From the NCBI GenBank assembly GCA_035569495.1, contig DATMMX010000047.1, forward strand, positions 75,937-139,936: 64,000 nt of DNA. Reading direction: 5' to 3'. Positions 30,901 through 39,482 of the stretch are shown piece by piece; position 1 is the stretch's first letter, and every line of letters starts with the position of its first letter. The translations under genes were made by a program, and so were the position numbers. Source of the DNA: Candidatus Angelobacter sp. GTDB taxonomy: Bacteria; Chloroflexota; Dormibacteria; Aeolococcales; Aeolococcaceae. The notes under the pieces are model-generated. The model worked only from the letters and a program-made list of their open reading frames with translations. It did no database searches and was not told where the DNA came from.

Positions 30901-31949
30901 ACCTCGGCGTGCGCCATCCCGCCGCGGTGTCGGCGCGCACCGACCCGTCCAGTCCCCATCGCTCCTGGTTCCACTGGCACCACTGGCCGGACCGCTGGTA
31001 CAGCTGGTTCAGCGGTCGCATCTTCATGGGCGTCGACCACACCAACCCCGACGCGCGCCGCGCCCTGCTCGACGCCGCCCGCTTCTGGATCGACCTCGGC
31101 TTCGACGGCTACCGTCTCGACTCCGCCGCGGCCACACCGTTCGAGTTCTGGTCGGAGTTCGGCGAGGTGGTGCGCCGGGCCAACCCCGACGCCGTCACCC
31201 TCGCCGAGGCCTTCGGCGACGCGAGCTTCGTCCGCCACTACCGCGGCCGCCTCTCCGGCGTCCTCGACTTCCACGTCTCTCACCTGCTCCGCCAGTGCTT
31301 CGCCACGTGCGACGAGCCGCTCGCCGCTCTCGACGCCGTGATGCGCACCCGCGCCACCGAGACGGCCGAGGAGGACGGCGAGCTGGTTCGAGCCATCTTC
31401 GTCGAGAACCACGACATGCCCCGCTTCTCCCGCCTCGCCGGCGAGGACGACCGGCGCCTGCTGTTGGCGCTGACCGCCCTGCTGACACTGGGGCCGCCGC
31501 CGATCCTCTACTACGGCAGCGAGGTCGGCCTGCGGCAGGGCGCGCGTCTCGGCATCGACCCTGATGCGCGGCTGCCCATGCTATGGGACTCGTCGCAGGA
31601 CGCTGCGCTGCTCGACCGCGTGCGCGCCCTGGTGCACCTCCGTCGCGACCTGCCCGCACTGCGGCGGGGTGTCTGGCGCTCGCTGCTAGCGTCCGACCAT
31701 GCGATGGCCTACCTGCGCGACGCGGGCGGTCTGGATCGCGCGGTCGTGGTGCTGCGGCGAGACGGCACGGCGGCGGGCATCGACGTTCCGCTCGGCGACG
31801 TGTGGGCTGACGGCACCCGCGTGCGCGACGTGTTGGGCGTTGCCGCGGACACCGTCGTGCGCGGGAGCACCACGCGCATCACGCTCCCGCCGTGGAGCGC
31901 CGCGGTGCTCGTCAGGTCCGATCAGGGAGCCGCGAACGCCGGCCGGTAG
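27999..31949 (+). CDS. Bifunctional-architecture glycosidase: N-terminal GH31 domain fused to C-terminal GH13 (alpha-amylase family) domain (~1316 aa)
   Basis: GTG 27999 with GGAG 7 nt upstream (ORF track starts at TTG 27975). The GH31 blocks are LWIDDHY… and GVGWDGWMEDFGEQLP (acid/base region; compare YicI FKTDFGE). The C-terminal domain is GH13 (GVDCLLLSPIT, GIRVLLDTE, GFDGYRLDSAAA = region II with nucleophile Asp, LAEAFGD = region III, FVENHDMPRF = region IV). No signal peptide. Confidence 0.7.
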   Translation: MSIPGALADGSLVTVPPTWRPAQPLSLPSPLDGATLSTGTGDAVPLDIRAVGEGVHAIEGTSAGAQSLRLDLPCGALDAFAGGGAQFVSMNLRGRVLDGWLTDAASGQTYFHAPVLYSSAGWALVVDTVLRYSIDCAAASASVVSVTVPAPSLRAFLIVGTPRHCLSVVTEMTGRAPLPPPWAFGVWHNVRSGPAAVMEQASRLRAERIPASALWIDDHYCAEHNDGDGFPGNYRLARYGSVPEMRALVDSVHGMGFKALSYLNCMVYRDTPWFADAVRRGLVVRDASGAPLLIPFFNPLHARSGIVDFEEDAAAILDFSNPLTVAAWQDNVRALLTGVGWDGWMEDFGEQLPASAVLHDGSSGADAHNRYALLYHGATASVRAAAKPDAVVFARSGYLGSQALLPAYWGGDQLCEWSGEFGIGSVLPAGLSAGLIGVSTWGCDISGLFAMPEKPLSTGAGDRELWMRWVQLGALTPVMRTHLGFKPSPTPPLDLWHDEEMTAHFRRFAEFHVRLFPYLDTCARENVATGVPIMRAMLLQFPDDPVCWTLGDQYMLGPSLLVAPVLSRGARTRRVYVPAGEWLELGTAVVHAGPGWVTVDAPLDRVPILQRAGTMVPMLAETPETLAEPRFASGGYDVELLVAPVPGAGSEAVLGDGTRLSLAGASLTVDGPERTYVVKANGAFMGLARGTALDFELSPAVRLASAGVLDPAERSAALQSARADESAQGVHHDEAISPEPPRPGVATVVRARAAAGLGVAAGFVHYTTDGSSPEEASETRATVRMQPVAGGSWEASIPPQPEDAVLRYAIEMRDAQGAPLWAEDAGPGLEHPDPDVPFVRPAARVFRHVVQRPRVPSWIGEATVYHLLVDRFARDDGSAVAPPDGVRFLQFAGGTLRGITSRLDRLAALGVDCLLLSPITPGEMHVTYDVKDLVAVDPRFGTLDDVRTLLGEAHARGIRVLLDTETSYLGVRHPAAVSARTDPSSPHRSWFHWHHWPDRWYSWFSGRIFMGVDHTNPDARRALLDAARFWIDLGFDGYRLDSAAATPFEFWSEFGEVVRRANPDAVTLAEAFGDASFVRHYRGRLSGVLDFHVSHLLRQCFATCDEPLAALDAVMRTRATETAEEDGELVRAIFVENHDMPRFSRLAGEDDRRLLLALTALLTLGPPPILYYGSEVGLRQGARLGIDPDARLPMLWDSSQDAALLDRVRALVHLRRDLPALRRGVWRSLLASDHAMAYLRDAGGLDRAVVVLRRDGTAAGIDVPLGDVWADGTRVRDVLGVAADTVVRGSTTRITLPPWSAAVLVRSDQGAANAGR

Positions 31950-32764
31950 CCACTGCGCAGCATTGCCGCGTAGCGCGACTCATGAGCTTGGGCCGTCTCG
32001 CGAAGTTGGCGGTTGCGCCTGTCCGGCTCGGTGACGTGCCATGCCGGGTGGTAGCTGAAGATGAGCAGGCGGCGCGGCAGGGCGGTGCGGTTGTCGCGCG
32101 AGTCGTGGAGCAGGCCGGAGTGGAAGATCAGCGCTGAGCCGGCGGGCTGGGGGACGTCGTGCATGTCCGCGTCGGGGACGATGCCCTCGGGCAGCACCGG
32201 GTGGTGCGGCGCCTGGATCGGCCAGTCGCGCAGGTGCGAGCCGGGCAACACGCGCATGCAGCCGTTGTCCAGCGTGGTGTCGTCGACGGCGAGGGCGACC
32301 GAGAGCGACACGCGCGGGTAACCGTTGTGGTCGAAGTACGACCAGTCGCAGTGCAGGTCGAAGGAGTCGCCCTCGCGGGCGGCGGCGATGGGCAGGTTGC
32401 CGGGAAGGAGCTGCTTGTAGTTGAGCTTCTCCTCCATGGGCACCGGCTCGCTGTCGAGAATCGAGCGCAGCGGGGCGAGCAGGCGCTCGTCGGTGAGCAC
32501 CCGCGCGATCAGCGCCGACACGTCACTGAGTGGCTGCACCTTGCGCAGGCTGATCGCCTCGCCGCGACGGCAGACGTCGAGGCGCGGGCTGTTCTCGCCG
32601 AGTGCGATGGAGGCGTTGACGGTGAGCTCCATCAGGTGGTCGGCCTCGTCGCGCAGCGCGGCCAGCTCCGCCGCGGTGAGCAGGTCGTGCACCAGCACGA
32701 AGCCGTCGCGGCGGTAGTCGTCGAGCTGTTGCGCGCGGAGCGCGGTCGACGACGGCGCGATCAC
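31922..32764 (-). CDS. Phytanoyl-CoA dioxygenase (PhyH) family oxygenase, paralog 2
   Basis: GTG start (VIAPSSTALRAQQLDDYRRDGFVLVHDLL…) overlaps the upstream stop (GTGA). The HxD context is HCDWSYFDHNG and the distal His is LIFHSGLLHDS. The ORF-track N-terminal 116 aa (R-rich) are rejected. The 3' end overlaps the convergent GH31-GH13 gene by ~28 nt. Confidence 0.7.
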   Translation of the reverse strand: MIAPSSTALRAQQLDDYRRDGFVLVHDLLTAAELAALRDEADHLMELTVNASIALGENSPRLDVCRRGEAISLRKVQPLSDVSALIARVLTDERLLAPLRSILDSEPVPMEEKLNYKQLLPGNLPIAAAREGDSFDLHCDWSYFDHNGYPRVSLSVALAVDDTTLDNGCMRVLPGSHLRDWPIQAPHHPVLPEGIVPDADMHDVPQPAGSALIFHSGLLHDSRDNRTALPRRLLIFSYHPAWHVTEPDRRNRQLRETAQAHESRYAAMLRSGYRPAFAAP

Positions 32765-33507
32765 CCGGCGTCCTCCGCGAATCCCACGGACCAGATGGCG
32801 CCGTCGCGCGCCAGGTGCGACACAGCTGCGGGAACGTCGTCCTCCAGCAATGCGGCGGACAGTCGGTCGACGTCGCAGATGAGGCCGAGGCGCACCGGGC
32901 CGAGACCAGCCTCGACCTGGCCGACCAGCGCGGCGGCGTCGCGTCGCGGCGGCCGCGTGGCGCCGTCGAGGTGGTCGAGCGAGGTGAGCAAGACGATGCG
33001 CCCGGCATCGATGCGGGCCAGCAGCGTCGCGGCGCAGTTGTCGCCGTCGTAGAGGGCGAGCAGGGCCCACGCGCCATCGGCGCGGCGCAGGATCTCGGGC
33101 AGGGCACGCCACGGATTCGCGGGCGGCGCGGGCGCGGTGGCGATGGCGGGCGACGACCAGAAGCGATCGGCGTTGTCCCAGAAGACCTCGAGCTGGGTGC
33201 GTTCGGCGAAGCGAATGCGCGCCAGCTCACCGGCCAGCTCGTCGCTGCGGGTGCGGTCGTAGAGCACCACCCGGTCGGCGCCCGTGGCGGCGAGCAATTC
33301 CGCGGCGCGCTCCCGGGCATCCTCGAACGGCTCGCGGTGCGTGGCGAGCGCCCCATCGCGCGAGCTCACCACATGGACCACGCGTCCGGCGTCGTGCAAC
33401 ACCGAGACGACCTGCGCACCGCGCCGCTGCCGCGTCTCGGCCAGCGCGCAGATCACCCCGAAGCCCACCGGCTCCAGGTCGCAGATGACGACGTCGGTGG
33501 CGATCAC
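32761..33507 (-). CDS. Hypothetical protein (248 aa), no recognised domain
   Basis: GTG start (VIATDVVICDLEPVGFGVICALAETRQ…) overlaps the TGA of the GH35 gene (GTGA). Normal amino-acid composition; only the C-terminal third of ORF 32761..34770 is believable. Confidence 0.45.
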   Translation of the reverse strand: MIATDVVICDLEPVGFGVICALAETRQRRGAQVVSVLHDAGRVVHVVSSRDGALATHREPFEDARERAAELLAATGADRVVLYDRTRSDELAGELARIRFAERTQLEVFWDNADRFWSSPAIATAPAPPANPWRALPEILRRADGAWALLALYDGDNCAATLLARIDAGRIVLLTSLDHLDGATRPPRRDAAALVGQVEAGLGPVRLGLICDVDRLSAALLEDDVPAAVSHLARDGAIWSVGFAEDAG

Positions 33508-35447
33508 CGCGACACCGTCCAGACCTGCGCACCCCAGGCGGGCATGGTCACGGTCAGCGCCGGATGCGCAACCCCGCCTCCCACGGCGTCGTTCCAGCGC
33601 GAGGCCAGCTCCGCGGGTGCGGCGGCCGTGATGGTCGCCACGCACGGCTCGCCCGAGTGGTTGAACGCCGCCAGCACCTCGCCTCGCGGACCGCTCCAGT
33701 GCCGCAGCCGCACCGGCCCCTCGCTCACGGTGAAAGGTGGGCGCGGCAGCAACGGCTGCAACGCATCGGGGTCCTCCAGCACAGTGATGCCCTCGGCATC
33801 GAAGCCGTGCGGTCGCAGCGCGCCGTCGAGCACGGGCAGTTGCGGCCCGACGAACACCGACGCGCCCTTGCTCGCCGCCTCCCGGAGTCGCTCCCACGCC
33901 GCCGCGTCGGCGACCTCCGCGGCCGGCATCACGATGCACGCGTACCTGGACAGGTCCGGCAGCGCCGACGACGAGGCGTGATCGTGGTCGACGCTGTTGC
34001 GGTCGAGAACGGCACGAACCGCCGCGTCGAAGCTGCGCACGGCGGCGTCGTCGGCGTGGGGGAGACGGGTGAGCTGGAAATCGAACGGCATCTGCGCCGA
34101 GAACGCCGGTACCAGGCCGCCGAGAGTGGCCCGGGCCTCGCGCCGCAGCGTCTGCTCGCGGTTCTCCACCAGCAGCACGGGCGCGGTGCGCTCCATGGCA
34201 TCCAGCCCAACTTCCTCGCGCAGCCCCATCACCCGCCTGAGCAGCCCACCGAACTCGGCGCGGACGTTGCCGTGGCGGTCGACAGGACTGCCGTACCAGC
34301 GATCCCGCTCGACGGTCATGAAGAAGTTGCAGGCGCGTGCACCGGTGAGCAGCGCCACCAGCCAGACCAGCTCGGCGTCGGCGGGCCCGACCCGCATCGG
34401 CAGCAGCCAGGGCATGGCCAGCCAGCCCGCGCCCATCTCGGCCATCCACGGCAGCCGCGATCCCGCGGCGATGTGGCGCGCGATGTCGGCGACGAATCCC
34501 GCGCCGGGCCGCGCTGCGTATACGTCGATGGCGGCGACGTCGACGGCGTCGCTCCGCTCCAGCGCAACCGAGTCGAGCGGCGTGTCCAGGCGGGGGAAGT
34601 CGTTGTGAAAGGTGGGAACGCGGTCGAGTCCGCGATCGCACAGCCCGTCGCGCAGGCGCCGCAGCGTGATGCGCAGCGCCTCCTCGCGCCAGCGCAGCCA
34701 GTCGAGGCGGCGCACCTCGGGCTCGTCGCCGGCGTCGCGTGGGGGATCGACGTCCTCCAGCCCGTCCCACGCGGTGCCGTACAGCGCGTTGACGGCGTCG
34801 AGCGCGCCGTGGCGCCGCACCAGCCAGTCGCGGTAGGCGTCGAGCGTCTGCGGGTGATAGTCGAGCGCGTACGGGTGGGACTGGAAGAAGTAGCCGTGCT
34901 CGTTGTCCACCTGCACGGCGACGATGGGGCCGTCAGGATGCTGCAGCGGGGCGAGCTGCGCGACCACGCTGTCGTACCAGCGGTCCACGGCGGCGAGGAA
35001 GTGGTCGGAGAAGTAGGACGGCACGCGGATGTGATGCGTCGCGGTCGGCAGCGTGTAGGGGACGCCGTTGCAGCGCAGGGCCTGAAGCCGGGCGTCGCTG
35101 ACGACGCGCATCGGCAGGCCGCTGTCGAGCAGCTCGGCACCCTGGTGCGGACCGGGGCGCACCACCGCATATAGACCGCGCTCCTGGACCATGCGCAGGA
35201 AGCGCGCCACGTCGAGGTTGCCGGTGAAGTCGGGCGGGTCGTCGCCGCGGTCGTGCACCGACCAGGGGACGTAGGTGTCGACGCTGGTCAGGCCCAACGA
35301 GGCGACGGCGTCGAGGATGCGCGGCCAGTCGGCGGGGTCGTGGCGCCAGTGGTGGACGGCGCCGCTGAACATCGGCAGGATGCGGCCGTCGCTGAGGCGC
35401 AGTCCGCGGTCGGTGACCGTGACGGTGCGCACGGCGGTGTCGATCAT
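33504..35447 (-). CDS. Glycoside hydrolase family 35 beta-galactosidase-like protein
   Basis: ATG (MIDTAVRTVTVTDRGLRLSDGRILPMFSGAVHHWRHDPADWPRILDAVASLGLTSVDTYVPWSVHDRGDDPPDFTGNLDVARFLRMVQERGLYAVVRPGPH…) overlaps the SBP stop (ATGA). The conserved GH35 acid/base block is VQVDNEHGYF (compare IQVENEYG). Confidence 0.7.
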   Translation of the reverse strand: MIDTAVRTVTVTDRGLRLSDGRILPMFSGAVHHWRHDPADWPRILDAVASLGLTSVDTYVPWSVHDRGDDPPDFTGNLDVARFLRMVQERGLYAVVRPGPHQGAELLDSGLPMRVVSDARLQALRCNGVPYTLPTATHHIRVPSYFSDHFLAAVDRWYDSVVAQLAPLQHPDGPIVAVQVDNEHGYFFQSHPYALDYHPQTLDAYRDWLVRRHGALDAVNALYGTAWDGLEDVDPPRDAGDEPEVRRLDWLRWREEALRITLRRLRDGLCDRGLDRVPTFHNDFPRLDTPLDSVALERSDAVDVAAIDVYAARPGAGFVADIARHIAAGSRLPWMAEMGAGWLAMPWLLPMRVGPADAELVWLVALLTGARACNFFMTVERDRWYGSPVDRHGNVRAEFGGLLRRVMGLREEVGLDAMERTAPVLLVENREQTLRREARATLGGLVPAFSAQMPFDFQLTRLPHADDAAVRSFDAAVRAVLDRNSVDHDHASSSALPDLSRYACIVMPAAEVADAAAWERLREAASKGASVFVGPQLPVLDGALRPHGFDAEGITVLEDPDALQPLLPRPPFTVSEGPVRLRHWSGPRGEVLAAFNHSGEPCVATITAAAPAELASRWNDAVGGGVAHPALTVTMPAWGAQVWTVSR

Positions 35448-37165
35448 GCTTCGCAGGAGCCGCTGAAGTAGGGGTAGCCGGCGGGCACGGTGGCGTCGGT
35501 GACTCGGCGGCCGTGGTTCACATAGCACCACACTCCCTGCTGTCCCCACGGCCCAGTCGTGGTCGCCGAATACCACACCATGGCGCGGTCTTTCATGAAG
35601 GTGTAGTCGGTGTCGAAGCCGACGGTGCCTTCGAAGTAGGCACTCGGCGGGTTGGGGAAGTGCGTCTTCCACAGCCCGGCCTGGAAGGTCTGCGGTGTGA
35701 GGTGCGGTCCGGCCATCTGCAGCCCGGAGACCAGCATCAGCTCCATCTCGTAGCCGAACCAGCCGTTGTAGCTGGCGGGCGCGTATGGCCACGGGTAGCT
35801 GGGATCCTCCTGCATCACGGCCCAGTACCACGGGTTGTTGGGCGCGGCCACCAGCTTGTTCTCGTAGTCGAAGCCGAAGGCGTGATTCCACTGGTCGGAC
35901 GGCTGCAGGCCCGAGCCCCACCCGGTGTTGTACGAGAAGTAGCCCATCATCCACTCGGGGTGGTAGCCGGCGGTGTCCGCCTGCTGCAGCACCTGCAAGG
36001 TGCTGGCGGCGTGGCTGATGAAGAGCACGGTGGTGATGCCGTCGGTGTCGAGCTGGGCGACGGCCTGCTGCGCCTGCTGCGTGGACGTGCTGCTGCGGTT
36101 CTGGTAACCGACGCCCGACGATGCCGGGACGTAGTCCACCCCCAGGGTGTCCTTGGGCGCAATCGTGATGCCGCAGGCGGTGAGGTCATCGAGCAGATAG
36201 TGGAGGTCGATGGAGGCCGAGTCCGGGTAGCTGGTGTAGACGATCCCGAATTTCCGCTTCCCTTGCAGCACGGTGGGGGCGGCGTACGCCGGAGGCGGCT
36301 GGTCGCGCAGCCTGCACGCCTGGGCGGCCATGTTGTGCTCGTCCACGTCGTACGGTGGGTAGTAGTTCCACTCGTACGGCGCGGCGCGCTGGTAGTCGGC
36401 CGAGCTGCGCAGGTCGGGGCGGGCGGTCACCGAGACGATCCGATTGCGCGCCAGCTCGTCGAAGAAGTACTTCTCGCGTCCGCCGGCGTCCGGGCAGCCG
36501 AGCACCGCGAACACGTTCGCCTCGGCGGCGACGGTGTCGGCCCTCTGCACCATGGTGGCCTGCGGGCTGTCGCTGTCGCCCCCGCACTTGACTGGGACCA
36601 GCTCGATCTGCCGCCCGTAGAGCTGGAAGCGGTCGTTGAAGAACTTGTTCCACAGGTCGGTTGCGTTCTGCCCCTCGCCGAGACCGATGCGAATCGTGTT
36701 GGCGTCGACGCCCTTCCAGGTGCTGCCGCCGTTGTCGCCCTTCCAGTACGGCACGCACGGTGGCGACTGCGTGTCCTCGATCTGCCGCGGTCCGCCCGGG
36801 CCGTCCACGCAGTCGAGCGTGCGCGGCACCGAGGTGCCGCCCTGGTTGCTGGCGGCGCCGAGACCATTGGAGTTCGCGAGCGGCGTCGGCGTCGGCGCCG
36901 GGGTCGGCGTGGCGCTGCCCCCGCCTGCCTCGCCGTTGCCGTTCTGGTTGGCGCCCTTCCCGGCGGTGCTCGCCTGGTCGGGCGGCGGCTTGGTGATGTT
37001 CTGCTGGGCGACGGGCGCGAAGGCGGCGACCGGGGGCAGCGGGGGACGCGGCGGGTGCAGTGCGGGCAGCAGGGCGAGCACGAGCAGCGCGCTCAGCCCC
37101 GCGTAGGTCAGCCCGAGGCGCCGCCCACCACGGCGGGAGCGGCTTGCGCCGGCGACGGTGGCCAC
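35444..37165 (-). CDS. Secreted periplasmic-binding-protein type I (Leu/Ile/Val-binding-like) substrate-binding protein, 573 aa
   Basis: GTG start with GGAGG RBS. The signal/TM is LGLTYAGLSALLVLALLPAL. A long P/T/G-rich linker precedes a type-I PBP-like core (…RIGLGEGQNATDLWNKFFNDRFQLYGRQIELVPVKCGGDSDSPQATMVQRADTVAAEANVFAVLGCPD…). No cognate ABC permease/ATPase in this operon. Confidence 0.5.
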   Translation of the reverse strand: MATVAGASRSRRGGRRLGLTYAGLSALLVLALLPALHPPRPPLPPVAAFAPVAQQNITKPPPDQASTAGKGANQNGNGEAGGGSATPTPAPTPTPLANSNGLGAASNQGGTSVPRTLDCVDGPGGPRQIEDTQSPPCVPYWKGDNGGSTWKGVDANTIRIGLGEGQNATDLWNKFFNDRFQLYGRQIELVPVKCGGDSDSPQATMVQRADTVAAEANVFAVLGCPDAGGREKYFFDELARNRIVSVTARPDLRSSADYQRAAPYEWNYYPPYDVDEHNMAAQACRLRDQPPPAYAAPTVLQGKRKFGIVYTSYPDSASIDLHYLLDDLTACGITIAPKDTLGVDYVPASSGVGYQNRSSTSTQQAQQAVAQLDTDGITTVLFISHAASTLQVLQQADTAGYHPEWMMGYFSYNTGWGSGLQPSDQWNHAFGFDYENKLVAAPNNPWYWAVMQEDPSYPWPYAPASYNGWFGYEMELMLVSGLQMAGPHLTPQTFQAGLWKTHFPNPPSAYFEGTVGFDTDYTFMKDRAMVWYSATTTGPWGQQGVWCYVNHGRRVTDATVPAGYPYFSGSCEA

Positions 37166-37259
37166 GCTCTTTCGGCCTCCAACCAGGATGTGCTACGAAT
37201 TAGGAAGAGATATTACCAAATTGCCTCGGCGGAGGCCCGCCGTGTCCAGGGAGGCCACC
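37166..37259. promoter_or_regulatory. Divergent intergenic region (SBP/GH35 operon versus GH31 gene) with AT-rich core
   Basis: gatgtgctacgaattaggaagagatattaccaaattgcc is the only AT-rich segment for kilobases. RBSs are on both flanks (GGAGG for the minus gene, GGGAGG for plus ATG 37260). Confidence 0.4.
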
Positions 37260-39482
37260 ATGGCAGACGACCCAGCCCTCGGCACCCTTGCGCCGGCCGC
37301 CGAGTTCAGCTGCGAGACGCCCCGGCCCGCCAAGGCGCCCCTCTCCGCGCTGGACGAGCCCGTGCCCCTCTTCGCCCAGCCCGAGCGCAGCTTCGCCACG
37401 GCGGCTCGCATCGCGGGGATCGAGCCCGCGCCCGGCGGAGCGCGTGTGGCCGTGTACACCGATGGCGGGCAGGCCGCCGAGCTCCTGGTGCAGCGCACGG
37501 TCTCCGGTGCGCTGCGGCTGCGATGGTCGTTTCCGCCGGGTGCGGCAGGAACCGTCCGCGACGGCGACGGCATGCTCGCCGGCGGCGCCGAGCCCGATCC
37601 CTCCGCGGCCGCCGAACGAGATGCCTGCGGCGGCCTCACCCTCAGCGCACCCGCGTGGCGCTTCGTGCTCGACGCCGGCATGTCGTGGCGGCTGGAGCGT
37701 CCCGATGGCTCGCTGCTCACCCGCCAGCGCCGCGACGACCGCGCCTTCCCGCACTGGATGAGCCGCCCGCTCGGCACCTCCGGCGGCCCGGCGCTGCGCA
37801 CCTGGTCGCACGAATCTCTGCTCCTGGACCCCGACGAGCGCTTCTACGGCCTCGGCCAGCAGTACGGCGGCCTCGACAAGCGCGGCACTCGCCTGGTGCA
37901 GCACAACCGCGACGCTCTCGGCTCCAACGGCACCCTGCTCACGTACCACAACACGCCGTTCTGCTGGAGCAGCGCGGGTTACGGCGTGGTGGTGCACGCC
38001 GCCGGTCGCGTGATGTGGGAGATCGGCAGCCCGTCGTTCGAAACGCTCACCGTCGCCGCGGCGGGCGACGTGCTGGACGTCTTCCTGCTCGCCGCCGACA
38101 CACCGCAGACGCTGCTCGACTCCTTCTACGCGCTGGCCGGTCCGCCCGGCACCGTGCCCGACTGGGCGCTGGGCATCTGGATGTCGCGCTGCCAGTACCG
38201 CAGCCGCGACGAGGTCACCGACGTGGCGCGGCGGCTCGACGCCATGCGGTTCCCCTACGACGTGCTCCACCTCGACCCGCGCTGGATGCGCCCGCGACGC
38301 GCGGCCGACAACGACCACGGCGCTGACTTCACCTGGGACGACGAGCAGTTCGGCGACCCGCGCGCCTTCTTCGCCTGGGCGCGCGACGAGGCGCGAGTTC
38401 GTGTCAGTCTGTGGGAAAACCCGTACGCCCTGGCCGGTTCGTGGACGCACGCCGAGCTGGCCGGCATCGACGGCCTCGCCCTGCTCCCCGACGGCACGCC
38501 CGCAGCGCCGTTCGAATCGCCCAGCGGCCAGTCGTTCGTCGTCGACCTCACCGACGACGGTGTCCGCCGCTGGTGGACGGCGCAGCACCACCGCCTCCTC
38601 GACCTCGGCGCCGCCGCCTTCAAGACCGACTTCGCCGAGGGCGTCCCCGACGGCGCGCTCTTCGCCGACGGACGCAGCGGCGCCGACATCCACAACCTCT
38701 ACGCGCTGCTCTTCAACCGCCTGGTCTGCGACGCCGTCGCCGGCAGGGGAGAGGCGCCCTTCGTCTACGGCCGCTCAGGCTGGCTGGGCTCGCACCGCCA
38801 CCCGCTGCAGTGGTCCGGCGACGCGCAGTGCACCTGGAGCGACATGCGCGGCGCGCTGCGCGCCGGTCTCAGCGCGGCGCTCTCCGGCACCGCGTACTGG
38901 GCATCCGACATCGGCGGCTTCTACACCCTCGACGAGCCGCTGCCCGACGGCGAGCTGTACGCGCGCTGGACCTGGCTCGGCTGCCTGTCGCCGATCGCCC
39001 GCTTCCACGGCACCAGCCCCCGCGAGCCGTACGTGTACGCACCCGAGGTCGGCGACGCGGCGCTCACCGCGGCGCGGCTGCGCTACGCACTGATGCCGTA
39101 TCTCGCTGCGCAGTCGCGACGCGCCGCAACCGGACTGCCGCTGATGCGCCCGCTGCTGCTCGCATTTCCCGACGACCCGCTGTGCTGGCGCGACGCGTCG
39201 TCGTTCCTGCTCGGCGACGACCTGCTGGTGGCCCCCGTCCTCCATGCCGGCGGCGCCAGGCGTGTGCACCTGCCTCGCGGTCGCTGGGGCGACTGGTGGA
39301 CCGGCGAGGTGGTCGAGGGTCCGATCGACGTCGACGTGGCGGTGCCGCTCGACCGCGTTCCGCTCTACCAGCGCGAGGGCACCACGGTGCCGCTCGGCCG
39401 CGGTCTCCGCGTCGAGGAGGTGCTCGCCGGGCCGGTGCGCCACAAGCCGTGGGACAGCCCGTACCTGGACGAGTCCGCCTAG
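37260..39482 (+). CDS. Glycoside hydrolase family 31 protein (YicI/alpha-xylosidase-like), 740 aa
   Basis: ATG with GGGAGG RBS. The acid/base block is AAFKTDFAEGVP (YicI-type FKTDFGE). The nucleophile-region is VLHLDPRWM. C-terminal beta-sandwich domains are present. No signal peptide. Confidence 0.75.
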   Translation: MADDPALGTLAPAAEFSCETPRPAKAPLSALDEPVPLFAQPERSFATAARIAGIEPAPGGARVAVYTDGGQAAELLVQRTVSGALRLRWSFPPGAAGTVRDGDGMLAGGAEPDPSAAAERDACGGLTLSAPAWRFVLDAGMSWRLERPDGSLLTRQRRDDRAFPHWMSRPLGTSGGPALRTWSHESLLLDPDERFYGLGQQYGGLDKRGTRLVQHNRDALGSNGTLLTYHNTPFCWSSAGYGVVVHAAGRVMWEIGSPSFETLTVAAAGDVLDVFLLAADTPQTLLDSFYALAGPPGTVPDWALGIWMSRCQYRSRDEVTDVARRLDAMRFPYDVLHLDPRWMRPRRAADNDHGADFTWDDEQFGDPRAFFAWARDEARVRVSLWENPYALAGSWTHAELAGIDGLALLPDGTPAAPFESPSGQSFVVDLTDDGVRRWWTAQHHRLLDLGAAAFKTDFAEGVPDGALFADGRSGADIHNLYALLFNRLVCDAVAGRGEAPFVYGRSGWLGSHRHPLQWSGDAQCTWSDMRGALRAGLSAALSGTAYWASDIGGFYTLDEPLPDGELYARWTWLGCLSPIARFHGTSPREPYVYAPEVGDAALTAARLRYALMPYLAAQSRRAATGLPLMRPLLLAFPDDPLCWRDASSFLLGDDLLVAPVLHAGGARRVHLPRGRWGDWWTGEVVEGPIDVDVAVPLDRVPLYQREGTTVPLGRGLRVEEVLAGPVRHKPWDSPYLDESA

